Shown: positions 1 to 15,626 of the stretch, piece after piece
How the letters are laid out: every line of letters starts with the position of its first letter
How positions within the stretch are numbered: the first letter of the stretch is position 1
Source of the DNA: the human T2T-CHM13v2.0 reference genome, Homo sapiens
Strand: one strand, 5' to 3'
Length of the DNA stretch: 64,000 nt
NCBI RefSeq assembly: GCF_009914755.1
Contig: NC_060928.1
The notes under the pieces: model-generated
Database searches by the model: none
The model's input: the letters and a program-made list of their open reading frames with translations, nothing else
Told to the model about the DNA's origin: nothing
Made by a program: the position numbers and the translations under genes

Positions 1-74
1 ACTTGATTTGGTTCTTTATTATCATAGTACAGTTTTTTGGAGAGATAACCATTTGAAATCAGTTGAATTACTGC

Positions 75-540
75 TGTCATTTCTTTATTCCCTCCCTATA
101 TGAGAATTATATACCTAGGCCCTTTGTCACATGACTTTTCAGTATCTCCCACTAATGTGTATGGTGTAATTTCCCTGTCTCACTGATGTCTGGCTTGGCC
201 ATGTGACTTGCTTTGACCAGTGAAAAGTGAGTAAAGTGCCACCATGTCAGTTCCAAGGTGAGGTTTCAAAAGGCATCACAGGTATCTGCTTATGCTCTGA
301 CACTTCTGTGATCCACTGTGGGAAAATGTTGCCCCACATTGCCATTGTCCCTTCAGATTAGGCCCCAGAATTAAGACAAAGAGAGCTGACTCAAACCTGA
401 CCAGAAGCCTCAAGTCTGGCCTGGCCCCCTAAGCCCAGCCTCAGCCAGCTGGAGTACAGCTGCTCGGCAGAGCTGTGGTTGCTGTTGTAAACCACTGGGG
501 AGGTGCAGTGTCTGTTATGCAATAAAACCTGACTAATAAA
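75..540 (+). mobile_element. Old MLT1-family (MaLR) LTR
   Basis: ggcttggccatgtgacttgctttg motif and MLT1-type 3' end. Confidence 0.7.
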
Positions 541-651
541 CACGATTAAAGAGAACTATACAGAGAGGAAAAGAAAAGAAGCTTGTCTCAAATCAGCCCT
601 AACAACCTGCTTTGGAATTGGAGCAACCCATCTGAAGCAGATTCAACTTAC

Positions 652-841
652 TTCCAGGCATCAGTTCAAAGTGAGGCCTCCCTTCTTCAGTGGACATAAG
701 GGTAGCCAGTTTGCCTTCTATCATCTCTCCATCAATAAATTTCCCATAAAGTGCGGTCCTCTCATCAGGGTACACATAGGCTATCTTCTCTCCAGTCATC
801 TCCCCATCTTCATTTACTTCTCCTACAAGGCTTCCTCCATC
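652..841 (-). CDS. SETD7: SETD7 exon 4 (190 nt; [35 protein letters not shown]...FELMPG)
   Basis: Acceptor ttctcccatcag|GAT, donor GGAA|GTAAGT; overlaps ORF 599..799. Confidence 0.98.
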
Positions 842-3426
842 CTGATGGGAGAAACCAAAAACCAGAAAATATTATATATAGTATGTCTAGGACATGAGTC
901 CCAAGAAATTTCTCTTCTGCACTCCCATTATTAATATAGCACCAGTAGGGATAATAACAGTTTAGGAACCCAGAGCTTTTCACCTGGGTAAGAAAAACAT
1001 GATGCATAGCTCCTCATCCAGCTCCATACAAATATACTGCTAGAAAGTCATACGCATTTGGGGCATGTATGCCTGATTTAGAGAGTGGGAAATTCCGTTG
1101 CAGTTTGTAATCCGGGACAAGTTACTGATACTCTATGTTGGTTTACTAAGAAATAAATGATGTTTCTTTGATATTTGTAACATCAATTACCAATATTTAA
1201 AGGAAATGTAACTAAGTGTTATTTTTGGCCAAAATCAAATATGATGACGATCTTTAGCAAGACACTCCTACCCACTATTCATAAGATCTCCCTTCTCAAT
1301 ATTAAATTTTGGATTTCTAGTGTGTTAGGAAAATATTCAGTTCAAATGTACTTAAGAATTAATTTAGTGTACACAAGTAAAGAGAGTTATCTGCACTTTT
1401 TCAGAGGCAAACAAAAGGATGTCTGGACACTGCCTTTCTGAGACTCCTATACCATCACCTTTTTTAGAATTAGAAGGAAAAGTGAAAAAAGATCAACTAA
1501 ATTTCACTCCCATCTCAATTCTTTCTTTCCACTCTATTTCCTGCTCCCTCTTGCCTCCTTTTAGCAGAGCAGCGCACTTAGCTTCATGCTTAACTCTTCC
1601 ATTTACTTCATTGCTAGGGGTCATTGAGTACTTTAGGGAAGAGGCTATCATATAATTCTATACCTTGATAAGTGGTAGGGACACAGTAGGTGATTCTTAA
1701 ACTCTTTTTAAATTGAACAGGGTTACCAAAAAGTAATGAATAATTTAAGCTAGGGTGCCAGAGATGTTTCTTTCTTTCTTTCTTTTTTTTTTCCATCCAG
1801 AAGGTCCTCATGGTATAACTTTGAAAATTTAAGACCTTAGGGAGTTTGATTTAACAATAGTAATGCCATGACATCTTTTAAAAGCTTGGTTAATTTCTCC
1901 AACTTGAGGATCTAGGAACAGCTAGCTACTCAAAGCCAATGATGTAGGATGACTTTTGAGTGATCCCAAATGCTGCCTTTTTTTTTTTTTTTTTGCCTTC
2001 TAGGAAAAGGGATGTTAATTTAAAAATGAATCATGGCACTTACATAGAAAGAAAAATACTTAGAAGCATTTTTAATGGATAGAAAGTGCACTAGGGATAT
2101 AGTCATTGCTCTTTCTTCTCTTCAAGTTAATTCTTAATAATTGAGCATAAATGGAGATGATACTTCCTGCAAGATCTGCTTTCAGGCTTTTAGTGATGAT
2201 TATTGAATGGAAGGGTATAAGAGCATTTGTGCTTCTTATAATCCATGACTAACATAAGATAATATTACTATTTATTTAAAACAGAAGTCTGTCTTTCCAG
2301 GGTCTCACACCTTTCCCCTTAAATGTTTAAATTTCTGGTTTCAGAGGGAGTGAATTTATTTGTCCAGAATGATAAAGTAGAAATTCTTCTTTCATTTCCA
2401 AAAGGAGTTATATATTTTTAATTAAAAACCTTATATGAAAAACTTTTTCGAGGTAAATTTTTGAAAGAAATACACTGTCCTTAGGGTGAGCTTACAAGTG
2501 TGGACTGTAGGGAAAATCATCACTTTTTTCTCCCCTTGTTCCTGCTATGGCCCATTACAGAAATTTCCTCCTCTGCTGTATCAGGCGTCAGGGAGTGTGG
2601 GGAAAGAAACGGCTGCTTTCTCTCCTCTGCTCACTGGCTCCTCCTCGTGGGGGGAGAAATCATTAATTTGACTGGTGAGCAGCCAGGGTCTGACACCTAC
2701 TGACACCCATTTCTCTACTGGGTAGGGGTTAAGAGGACAAAGGCTGCTTTTCTGCTCACCAATGCTCCTTCCTAAGGCAGAGTCTTCTTTGAGATTTAAT
2801 ATGATAATCAAGGCTAAAGGTTAAAATGTAGCTATATTTTTGGTTTTCAAAATGCAACCATGTTGAGCGACGCCAATCCATTCACCAATCTTGGCGCATC
2901 TTTGATCCCATCTAGGGACTTTCATTGACTATGTCACAAGTAAAATGACAGGTAGTAGGAGAATCTAGTAATCCAACACTTTGCCTGCTTCCTATACTCA
3001 TCTCTATGTAGAGAGTTCCACTTCCCCTGACTTCAAGATGCACTGTCACATCAGCAGCGCCCCAGCACTGGGCAGCAAGATGCCCACCCTGGCTACTCAC
3101 GAGGCCAGGTTTCGGTCCTCCTACCCTGGGCAGCACCTCCACCGCTTCTGATCTTTCTGCTTCTCTTCTCCTAAGCAGTACGTGTTACAACTTTTGATCT
3201 ATCACGGATCCTACCAAGAGGATATTTAAATGCTTTAGCAATTCTTAGAAAATGTTTTACAACATTCTTTTCTTATGCCCTATTCCTAGATTATAACTTA
3301 TTTTTTAAGAACAATGATGTGTAAGTGGATTTAGCTGGGGTTACTTTTCTTGTTATATATGTAACTGATCATTTCTTTTTATTAGCACTTTTTAATCATA
3401 AGGTTTCAGAGTAAAAATATATTTTC

Positions 3427-3740
<314 letters not shown>

Positions 3741-3777
3741 TTATGAACAAAATAAAGTATTAAGCAAAATATTTTCT

Positions 3778-4170
<393 letters not shown>

Positions 4171-4782
4171 TTAGAGCATTAATTTCCAACCATGGGTTCT
4201 GCCATATCTTTTTACTTTAATAGACTCCAGAAATATCATAAAATGCTATCAAATACTCAAAGGTAAGTTAATTTTAATCACCTTAATTTAAACAATATAA
4301 ACCATAAAATACCTTAAAAAGCAGTTAGTGGAATTGTAGAATCAAGTAACAACAGTGCAGTAAGCTCTCCCAAATTAAAAATTGCTGGACTGGTTTTTAC
4401 ATATGAGAAACAGGAAATAAAACTAATAGCAACAATGAAAATTTCCACTATCTCCCTCTATGTGCCAAAAGAATTAAAAGCAATATATTTTGCCTTTATT
4501 AGTGATACAATAAAACCAATTTGTCTCAATTTGTTTTAATCATGATTAATTACTCCTTTCCAAAACAACGCTGAAAAATAATTAATAACGGATTCAAGGG
4601 CCAACAATCTAAGCCAATAGTGAGTAACAGTGAGAGGGCATGCCTCATAAACTCTTGGTGTCAGCTGTGGTGACTCTCAGGTTTCACAGCTCCCAAGTTC
4701 TAACACAGAATACATTTTACTCTTCATTGTGAAGAGTCACAGTATGTTACTTTCCAGCAGAGTGAACAGTCACACGGCTTAC

Positions 4783-4984
4783 TGGGTAATATATCCAGCA
4801 CACTCCATGACGAATGTTATCTTTATACTGCCCCTTGAAGATCAGTCTCCCATCTGTGTCATATTCCTGGGCTGGACCGTTCAGCTCTCCGTCTACATAC
4901 GTGCCCTGGAGAACTCCCCCATCTTCGTAAGTGTAAACTCCCTGGCCCTGCAAGGCATCATCCACATAATACCCCTCCAGGGTG
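4783..4984 (-). CDS. SETD7: SETD7 exon 3 (202 nt; TLEGYYVDDALQGQGVYTYEDGG...HGVCWIYYP), MORN repeats
   Basis: Acceptor tttcctcacag|C, donor CCA|GTAAGC; overlaps ORF 4747..4965; G-x-G-x-Y / Y-x-G MORN pattern. Confidence 0.98.
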
Positions 4985-5569
4985 CTGTGAGGAAAGGAAA
5001 AACAAAAAGGAATAGTCAGACCATGACTTGACTCTCTTAGAAGAAAGGATCATATCCAAGGAACTGCATGCCCAGCTGTGTCAGCCCTGACATGGATTCA
5101 GCGCAGCCTCCTAAATTATCATCGACTGCTAGGAAAAGGTGCTTCATGGACGTGGGTAAGACTGAGAAGAAAGATGGAGATTTAATACCCAATCTCATGG
5201 TTCCTGGGAATCCTTTTACTCTGCTGGAGAAAATAGAGAAGAAAAAAGCTACTGATGGAAACTGAGAACAAGTTCACTTGAGTATGTTTTCAGGCAATAG
5301 AAATTCTGGTGTTACCTGTTCCACAAGCAAACCATTCATGTCTAATTTCCCTCAAGAGTGCTCCAGAATTCACTGGTAGTTCTCAAGGGTCTTTCAGATG
5401 GCTTGTATATAGTAATCTCTAATGATAGAAATGTGGCTTAAAGTGTGTGAATGTCTACACATTTGTTTCAAGTCACTAATGTATTATTTATCATTAATAG
5501 CCGTAATTGGTATCCAGTCAAATGAAATCCCTTCCATCTCCTTGGAAGACATATGGGGATTTATTTAAG

Positions 5570-5630
5570 TATATCTATATATCTATGTATGTATGTATGT
5601 ATGTATGTATGTCTATGTATATACATACAT
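5570..5630. repeat. (TATG)n/(TATC)n microsatellite
   Basis: Tandem tetranucleotides. Confidence 0.9.
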
Positions 5631-6011
5631 CCATGATCATGGCCAGTAGGGGCAAGTAAGGAAGACTGAATGCTCCACCCTGCTGATATCATTAGCATCC
5701 TGATAGTTTGAGACCCATGGTCCTATACCAGAAGAAAGCTCACAGGGATGCTCACGTGATTTTACCAGCACTTCTCCATCTCTCTCCTTGTAATATATAT
5801 TTGCAAGTTCAGGAACATGTTTTCATTGTTATCCTCTGAAAGGCCCTATGCAATGAAACACCCAAAATTCCCTTTAAGTACTAAAATTTGGAATAGGGAA
5901 AGACCAACTCAAATTATTTTTAAAATTTAAAATGTAAGAAAATTTTGAAACAAAGACAGCTTGATTATTTTAACATAGGCAGAGAGTATTTATTCATTAA
6001 TTCAACTAGTA

Positions 6012-6270
6012 ATTTTTTTTTTCGAGAGAGGATCTTGCTCTATTGCCCAGGCTGGAGTGCAGTGGCATGATCATGGCTCACTGCAGCCTCGACCTCCTGG
6101 GGCTCAAGCCATCCTCCCACCTCAGCCTCCCAAGTAGCTGGGACCACAGGTATGTGTCACCACACCGGGTTAATTTTTGTTTTTTTTTGTAGAGATGAGG
6201 TTTTGTCATGTTACGTATGCTGGTCTCGAACTCCTGGGCTCAAGGGATCCACCCAACTCGGCCTCCCAGC
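6012..6270 (-). mobile_element. Alu (J-type)
   Basis: Poly-T followed by reverse Alu. Confidence 0.92.
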
Positions 6271-6839
6271 CACAACTAGTCAACATTTACAGTGTGCCTT
6301 CTCAGTAGCAAGCATTGTGTGAGGCTCTAGAGCGGATAAGGAACAAAACAAACACAATGGTATAGGAGAGACTGGCAAGACACACTGTGAACTGGAGCAG
6401 ATGGGACGCAAAGCGGGCCATCAGGACTTAGGTGGCTGCACCTGACTCTGTCTGGTAAAGTCTTGACTTATTTCAATGAACAACTGTGAATGATCTATAA
6501 TTATTAAATGAAAAGCAGATTCTAAATAATGATAGCTTCTGGTTAAAAGGTAATTATACTATTTGTAGTATCCCAAGGAGATAAATAGTTTTCTTTCAGT
6601 TTTATTTGTACTATCAATGACAAATAGGCTTCCTAAATTCATGAAGAGAATAAAGTGCACTTTAGCATAGCTCTTGCATAAATAATCAAAATTCTAAAAC
6701 AGTGAGGTTGGAAGTAATGAGATTCAACTGTCATTAGACTCCCACAATTAAAAAAAAAATCATTGGTGAAGGGTACTAATCAAGTGACATAATGATGTAA
6801 TTTATGTAGTGCAAGAAACTATTCATTTATCTTCATTTT

Positions 6840-7035
6840 TAGGATTGCCAGGTATAATACAGGATTCCCAGCTAAGTTTGAATTTCAGATAAACAACAAA
6901 TAATTTTTTAGTTTATGAATGTCCCAAATAGTGAATGGGATATAATTATACTTACTTTTTTTGTTGAGCAAATTCCAATTTAACTGGGTGTCCTGGATTT
7001 AACTAGATTTTTATTTGCTCATCCTGGCAACCCTA
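6840..7035. mobile_element. MER53 palindromic MITE
   Basis: Ends taggattgccag ... ctggcaacccta; internal tttgaatttcagataaacaac and gtcccaaata...tggga. Confidence 0.85.
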
Positions 7036-7594
7036 TTGACTTTGGACTCTCAGCAGCATTCAAAATGTTCCTGTGTGAGTTTGGGTAGAATATTACTCCC
7101 TGACAGACTAGTCTGCCAATATTTCTCAGGGTTATGATCAAATCTACAAGAAACAGGTCTTGCAAATCAGACAAAAAATAATATGGACTTGCAGACATTT
7201 CCCCCAACTGTATTCAGTGGCTTGTCCTAACCTCCCTTACCCATGGAGCCCATCATCCCATCTATCAGAGTACGAAGAACAAACTGCTATTTCCCTCTTA
7301 GCCCAACTGACTCAAAGTACACAAATGCAAACTCTTAAGGCATTGGAAAGCAAATCTTACTGCGTTATTTTTTCAGCCATCTGCTTGAGGCCACAGCTTA
7401 GCTTTCTTGGCAACTTTTAATAGTAAGTTAGATGAAATCTGATGACAAAAGAGGGCATATTACACACATAAACTGGGTTCTCCAGGGTGATAAAAGTGAT
7501 TTTTTAAAATCCTCTGTCATTGAGGAAATAAAATATACGTTTCTTAGACTGGCATTCAAGGCACTACCTTTCTCTCTAACTGTTCTTTCCAGAG

Positions 7595-7796
7595 GAGGCT
7601 GGCAAACTATGGCCTGCTGACTGCTTTTGTAAATAAAGTTTTACTGGAACAAAGCCATGCATGTTCCTTTCTACATCATCTATGGCTGCTTTCATACTAC
7701 AACAGCAGTGTTGAATTGCTGCAGCAGAGACCGTATGTGGCCCACGGAGCCTCGATTTTACTCTCACCACATACAGAAAAAGTTTGCTAATCCCTG
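7595..7796 (+). mobile_element. MER58A (hAT-Charlie)
   Basis: ggcaaactatggcc...ttttgtaaataaagttttactggaac...aaagtttgctaatccctg. Confidence 0.85.
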
Positions 7797-7995
7797 CTCT
7801 AAAAAGCTCTGCTCATATCGAAAGTTTACTCACTGACCTTTATTTAGCTTAGCTTCCACACTATATTTTTCCTTGCTTTCCATAATACATATGGGAGCAA
7901 ACTTTTAAAATCCTTAAGGCCAGCCGGGGGAAAAAAAGTTATGATTTTTTTTCTTTTCTTTTTTCTTCATTGAAAACAAAAATAATCATGGACTA

Positions 7996-8940
<945 letters not shown>

Positions 8941-9439
8941 AAAATGTTAATATCGGGTCATATTTGAAAAGTGGGTACATAGAAATAGCCTTCTAATGTT
9001 TCTTGGTGAAATTGGATTGAGAGCTGGGTTTCAGAGCAAGTCTGCTGGTCACTGTGTTAAACAGAGCCTACTCATCATCCGCGGGGAACCTTGTTTTCCT
9101 ACAAAAGTAAATCTATCCTGATCTTGGCAGCCCTGCCATGCACATTATTCATCAGAGCCTAGGCATGTACTATTACAGAACACTCCATGTCTTTATCGAT
9201 GTTAAATTTACGTGTCCTATTTCTCTAACTAGATTGTAAGCCCTTTATGGGAACAAATTAGGAAATATGCATCCACGTATCCCCCCAACATATAAACTTC
9301 ATGTTGATAATTCCTAAGCAAAAGAATAGAAATGGAAACTGGGATCATTTTGCATTGAGAAGAGAAGATTGAGAAGGAACATAACAGTGTTATTCAAGTG
9401 CAGGGAGCATTCTTATATGAATTCGATATGCATACAGGC

Positions 9440-9606
9440 TGTACGTGAGGAAAGTTTCTTAAACTTCCTATGCTTCATTTCTTCATTTGTAAACTGGACT
9501 ACTCAGAGTGTTGTTATAACGGTTAAATGGGTTAATATATATCAAATGCTTAGAATATGGTCTGGCACATAGTGATTGCTTAAATAAAGAGCAGCTATTA
9601 TTATTA
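9440..9606 (+). mobile_element. MIR
   Basis: Core ttcttcatttgtaaa...tctggcacatagt...gctattattatt. Confidence 0.75.
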
Positions 9607-9960
9607 AACATGCATATTCATGTGTATGATGGCAAACTTTCTACTAAAAAACTGGGTTTAAAAAGCATCATCAAAAAAAAGCATCATCAAAGAAACAGTT
9701 ATGAAACACTGAAATAAAGAAATTTATAAAACTGCATTAAATCTATTTTTAAAGAACAAGCAAGAAAAATTCCTATCTGCAGTAATTTATGAGTGATCCA
9801 ATTGACTGGAAGAAAATAAATGCCTCTAAAAAAAAGCAATATGTGTTCATTGTAAAACAAACACATAAAAAGCAATTCAAGCAATACTAAGATGCAGAAA
9901 GTAGAAATTCTCAGTCCTCTTCCCCAATTTCACATACAGTATTTAAGACTTTTTCATTTC

Positions 9961-10241
9961 TTTTTTTTAAGATGAAGTCTTGCTGTCGCCTAGGCTGGAA
10001 TACAGTGGTGCAATCTCGGCTTGCTGCAACCTCCACCTCCTGGGTTCAAGCGATTCTCCTGCCTCAGCCTCCTGAGTAGCTGGGATTACAGGTGTGTGCC
10101 ACCAAACCTGGTTAATGTTTGTATTTTTAGTAGAGATGCCTTTCACCATGTTGGCTAAGCTGGTCTCGAACTCCTGACCTCAAGTGATCCACCCGCCTCA
10201 GCCTGTGCTAGGATTACAGGTGTGAGCCACCGCTCCTGGCC
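9961..10241 (-). mobile_element. Alu (S-type)
   Basis: Reverse dimer; ttttcatttct on both flanks. Confidence 0.93.
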
Positions 10242-11282
10242 ACTCTTTTCATTTCTATACCACGCATTTTCCTACCTTCTGTTTTTGTTATTTTAATAAA
10301 AATGGGATCATACTATACATAATGTTCTTAACATGCTTAACTTGTATTTTCTTAAAGTTCCTTTCAACATCTTGGCAAATTCTTTAGTATGTTAAGAAAT
10401 TACAAAAATGGTCTTGCAATTGTTTGATTTTCCTGGTACCATCATCTGAATCAAACTGGAAAATGTTGAGGAAATTAAAACATAAATTTTAATTAAATTT
10501 CTTTTTCTGCACATAGATCAATTTTTCCTGTTTTATCCAACCTCTTGTACTTAAGAGTTAAATTTCGAGAAATCAGTTAAGAAATCTAACTTACAAAGAA
10601 ATGGATAAATTTTATAGTTGTTTTCCTAGACTTACATATCTGCATTTTATTCAGATATTGCTGTATTTTCATTAAAAATTCCTGTTAGTGTTTGAATATA
10701 GAAAACTGTTCTTAGAGACTTAACAGTTTTGGCTTTTCTTCATGGTTCTGGGGTCTAGGTTTTGGACTTTCCGCCTCCTGGGGCCTAAATTCTGTTCCCT
10801 TCCTTCCACTGTGTTCCCTTCCTTTTGTCAGCCATAGCAATACAATAACCGAGAGGAAATTTTAAAAATGAATAATCACTCCTTAAACTCCCATCTCTAA
10901 CCAAATTGAATTGTGACCCTTAGTATATACATTATTTTAGGAATTATTTTATATGACAATATATATTATCTTTTGAAACACTGCAAACTAAGCAAAGAGC
11001 AGCAACAAGGAGATGCAACCCATCTGCTAGAACTATTTCCAGCCAGAAACTTCAACTTCTCCCAAGGTGTTGGAGCAAGTTTGATGGAGAACTCTAATGC
11101 TTCCATATAATATAACATACTGTCTATCTTTGAAGGTTTTCTTTTTCTATCCTTTAAGAAAAGATCTATGAGTCTACTATAGATCTAATTATTACAAAGC
11201 CTCAAAGTAACAGTAAAATATTTGAAGAGTGAATAATGAAATTTAGTTTTGCTTTCTAAAAACAAACCTCAAGAAAACTTTC

Positions 11283-11649
11283 TGCTACGGACTAAATGTT
11301 TGTGTCTCCCCAAATTCCTGTGTTGAACTCCTAACACCCAATATGATGGTATTAAGAGGTGGGGCCTTTGGGAGGTAATTTGGTCCCAAGGGCAGAGCCC
11401 TCTTGAATGGGATTAATGCCCTTATAAAAAGATATTAGAAAGCTTGTTTTCTCTCCCTTTACTTTCCACCATGTGAGGATATCAGGAGAAGATGGACATC
11501 TACAAACCAGGAAGTGGGCCCTCGACAGACACAAAGTGTACTGCTGCCCTGATCTTGGACTTCACACCCTCCAGAACTGTGAGAAATAAATTTCAGTTGT
11601 CTAAGCCACCCAGTCTATGGAATTTGTTGTAGCAGCCCAAACTAAGACA
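11283..11649 (+). mobile_element. MLT1A-type solo LTR
   Basis: TG...CA ends, ggtggggcctttgggagg core, aataaa; flanks ctttc/ctctc. Confidence 0.88.
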
Positions 11650-11689
11650 CTCTCCTAATAATTATTAATAATAATAGTAACAACAACAA

Positions 11690-12290
11690 TGATAAAATAA
11701 TCCATCTTTTCCCCTAAGCACCTTCTGAGTGTCCTACACTTTAAGGGTCTTTACAGGTTTTCTCATTCAATCACAGCAATCCTGAAAAGCAGGTATAATT
11801 ATCTCCGTTTTACAAATTAAGTAAATGGAAGTTCAGGGAGGCCAAATAGCTAGAACAGAATTCTTCTGAATTGATTCCTCAGGAAAACCTTCTGTCAATC
11901 TTCCAAGCTCTTCCCAAGTTGTTAAGGCCCCTACAAGAACATAACTGAATTCACTCCAGAACTCCTTTTAACATTTCACAACTATGGCTGATGAGTAACT
12001 TCAAGGAAAATTAAAGAATGGAAGAAAGGCAGTCAGGCCCACAGCTATTTCCCTGTTTCAAGTTGGAAGATGGTAGCAGATGTAGTGAAAAAGAGGGTTG
12101 GTTCTAGAATTGAATTCGCCTTGGTGTGAGTCTCAGCTCCAATCATTTTTAACTAGGTCACCTGGGGCAAGTTATTTAGCCACTCTGTGCCTTAGTTTCT
12201 TCGTATGTCAAATGGGATTATAAAACCCACCTCCCAGATTGTTATGAAGACCACGTGTCCAGTGTTGAAGAAATGGTAGTTATTCAATGT
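11690..12290. mobile_element. Two MIR fragments (~11690-11850 minus, ~12080-12290 plus)
   Basis: MIR core motifs. Confidence 0.65.
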
Positions 12291-13544
12291 TACCCATTTC
12301 ATTTGCACTCTCTTCTTGCATGTCACAAAAATTTTTGGCCTCAATCAGAACTGTTTGTTGGAATACAGATGAATATATTTGCTGGGTCTGGTTCCAACAA
12401 AAGCTAGAGGACTGTCAGGAACACAAAAGAAACTTTTGCCGCATGTGGGAGGTTGGAATGCATGACTTCAGAAATCCGATCCAACTCCAATTTCTCTGAA
12501 TTGTGATCAAGCACTTTCTGAAAACTAAACACAAGAAATCCTGCATAGACTTGACACCTGGAGAATGCCATCCTTTCTCAGTGGCTCATCAGACGGGTGA
12601 CCTTGCTCAGGTTATTTGGCCAGTGATAAATTACACGGAGCCCTTTTGGCAAATGTAGCCAAGCAACATCAGAAAAGGACTTGGGCACAGGAGAAAGAAG
12701 CCGTGGAGTAGTAAATCCTTTAAAATCAAATTGGCATGTGAAGGAGAGGCATCAACAATATAAACAAATAAAGCTGAATGAATGACCTCATCTCCACCTC
12801 ATAATTAGGCTAAAAACCACATGACCCTAATATTCCATAGCCCCCGCAAAGCCAATCTGAAGAAATATCTCCTTCTTGTTCACCATTCTAGGATTGTGAA
12901 AAGTCTTGCCTTTAGGTTCATAAATCATGGTCAAAATAGAACAATTAAAGAAAGATACATGAAAATAAACATCCAGAATCTAGGATTAGTATAAAAATTA
13001 GAGATGTGTGTATCAAAGTATTTTGAACACTACACGTTTTCATCACACCCCATGGTACTCCAGCAAATCCACGGGTACCAGACAGACTCCAGATCCACAC
13101 CAACAAAGCCTCAAGATTCCTGTCACCACGCTGCATCAATTCCTTTATCTCGGGACCGAGTGGATGTAAAGAAGTCCCAGTTACTGAATCTCAGGATAAT
13201 TTCTTCTTCCCTTTTAATAGAGGAGGCGGGAATGGACACAATATCTACTTTAAAAACAATTTTTAAAATAAGGTTATGTTCTCATTCATTCCTTATTTGT
13301 AGGGCAAACCATCTGGTAAAGCATGAGTATTCTGATTTTAGGTTTCTGACTTAATAAGCTGGTTGTAGTAACTTAGCTTTTCTCTTCCACATTTTGTCAT
13401 ATAATGAAGAAAAGACTAAATATTATGATCTCAAAACTAGCAAACATTTTGAATCTGAGACAGTTGTGAACAGGTAAACAATGTACATTTTTGCTATTTA
13501 AACTGATTTAGAAATAGATAGCTATTTCTTCCATATGCTGAAGA

Positions 13545-14170
13545 GGTATGTGCACTCCCATGTTTATTGCACTATTCACAACAGCCAAGATATGAAATCA
13601 ACCCAAGTTTCCATTAACAGATGAATGAATAAAGAAAATGTGGTATATACGTACACAATGGTATACTATTCAGCATAAAAACAAAACGAAATCCTGTCAT
13701 TTGTGACAATATGAATGATCCTAGAGGACATCATGTAAAGTGAAATAAGCCAAGCACAAAAGGACAAATACCGCATGATCTCATTTGTATGTGGGGAATC
13801 TGAAAAAGCTGATCTTACAGAAGTAGAGAACAGAACAGTGGTTAACAGAGGCTGGGGAGTAGAAGGCAGGAGGGAAGGATGGGGAGAGGTTGGTCAACAG
13901 GTACAAAGTTACAGTTAGATAGCAAGAATAAGTTCTGGTGTTCTATTACATAACAGGGTGACTACAGTCAACAGTAATATATTGTATACTTCAAAATAGC
14001 TAGAAGAAGGGATTTTGAATGTTCTCACCAGAAAGAAATGATGAATCTTTGAGGTGATGGATATGCTAATTACCCTGATTGATCATTACACAATGTGTTT
14101 ATGTATCAAAATCACACTTTACCCCAGAAAAATGTAGAATTATGTGTCAATTAAAATAAAACTTTAAAAA
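13545..14170 (+). mobile_element. L1MA-type 3' end fragment
   Basis: atgtttattgc...gatgaatgaataaagaaaatgtggtata...aagttacagttagatag. Confidence 0.88.
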
Positions 14171-15289
14171 TGCCTATTTCTATATTTTACCTTGAATATG
14201 TTTAGTTAAGATGTGCAAATTCTCTGCCAATAGTAATTACTTCTATGGCATGGGTTGGGGTTAAAAAAAAGCGGGGGGGAGCACTTTCACATTTCTGAAT
14301 TTCTTGAAGTTTTGTTTTATTCCACTAAGCATTTGTTATGTTTGCAATTTAAAAATAAAATAAAATATTCTGCTTCTATTTACAAATTTGGTTTTAAAAT
14401 TTCACAGGGCTATTTTTCCTAGTTATCTGGATATTTGAAATTCTTATTCAGATTTATCTCATTCGATGTCAAGGGAAACACTGATTCTATAATTTTCTTG
14501 ATATGTTTATATTTGTTTGGATACTTCTCATAAATCATATTCTGGGGTTCAGTTTTCATATAAAATTAGAATATTTAGGCCAAGTCTTCCATTACTACAC
14601 TGTGATTTTCCTTGTCTCTTTCCTTGTCGGAACATGGGTTCCCACAATTTCAGACAAACTCTTTGATGGGGACACAAATCAGCATAACAGGTTTCAACAA
14701 CTTTCTTCAATACAAAGTTTTTGTCTCCTCGCTTGTTATTCAAAACCTAATGCCAGCCTTTCTTAAGGAATTTTTCCAGACCAAAGGTTGATGACTGACA
14801 ATAAAGGCAAAGCATTCCCACTTAATTTTACCCAACACATCAAGCTCTAAAAGCCGGGGATGGGAACAGGGAGAAAAAGTAATAGACAAATATAAATAAA
14901 AACTGCTTCATGTAGAAACAACTGACTTATCCATAATCAAATCCCACATCTGCCTTAGAAAACCCTGGTAGATTCTCGACCTTTTATTCAGTTGTAAGAC
15001 TCTCTTACTAATTTTTACAGCAAATCCTTTTAGCAGATGTCTCGTAACATGATCAGTATTTGGGTTTAAGAAGATGAGGACGACCTTTTGAGATCCTGTC
15101 ACCACACTGTTCCATCATGTGTAATAAAACCAATGATACTGACATTTTCCCCTTAAGATATTAACTCCCGTCTATCTGAAGATAACCAAGATAATCTCTT
15201 GAGGTCCTCGCTAACACTATTTTTCCTTGATTCTATTTAATCAACATCTCCACTGGTGTTTGAGTGGTAGATATAAAAATTAGTGAATT

Positions 15290-15606
15290 GGGTGGGCGTA
15301 GTGGCTCACACCCGTAATCCCAGCACTTTGGAAGGCCAAGGCGGGCGGATCACGAGGTCAGGAGATCAAGACCATCCTGGCTAACAAGGTGAAACCCCGT
15401 CTCTACTAAAAAAATACAAAAAAAAAAAAAAAATTAGCCGGGCGTGGTGGTGGGCGCCTGTAGTCCCAGCTACTCAGGAGGCTGAGGCAGGAGAATGGTG
15501 TGAACCCAGGAGGCGGAGCTTGCAGTGAGCCGAGATCGCGCCGCTGCACTCCAGCCTGGGAGACAGAGCAAGACTCCATCTCAAACAAACAAACAAACAA
15601 ACAAAC
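15290..15606 (+). mobile_element. AluY-like with (AAAC)n tail
   Basis: gagatcaagaccatcctggctaac and gagcttgcag diagnostics; duplication aaaaattagtgaattgg at 15275 and 15607. Confidence 0.93.
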
Positions 15607-15626
15607 AAAAATTAGTGAATTGGTTA

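Noticed and set aside
599-651. Exon 4 read-through tail [17 protein letters not shown]
   Set aside because: Strong GTAAGT donor; only distant minus-strand AATAAA (~88 and ~20), no other support
9660-9690. Direct repeat aaaaagcatcatcaa x2
   Set aside because: Simple slippage duplication
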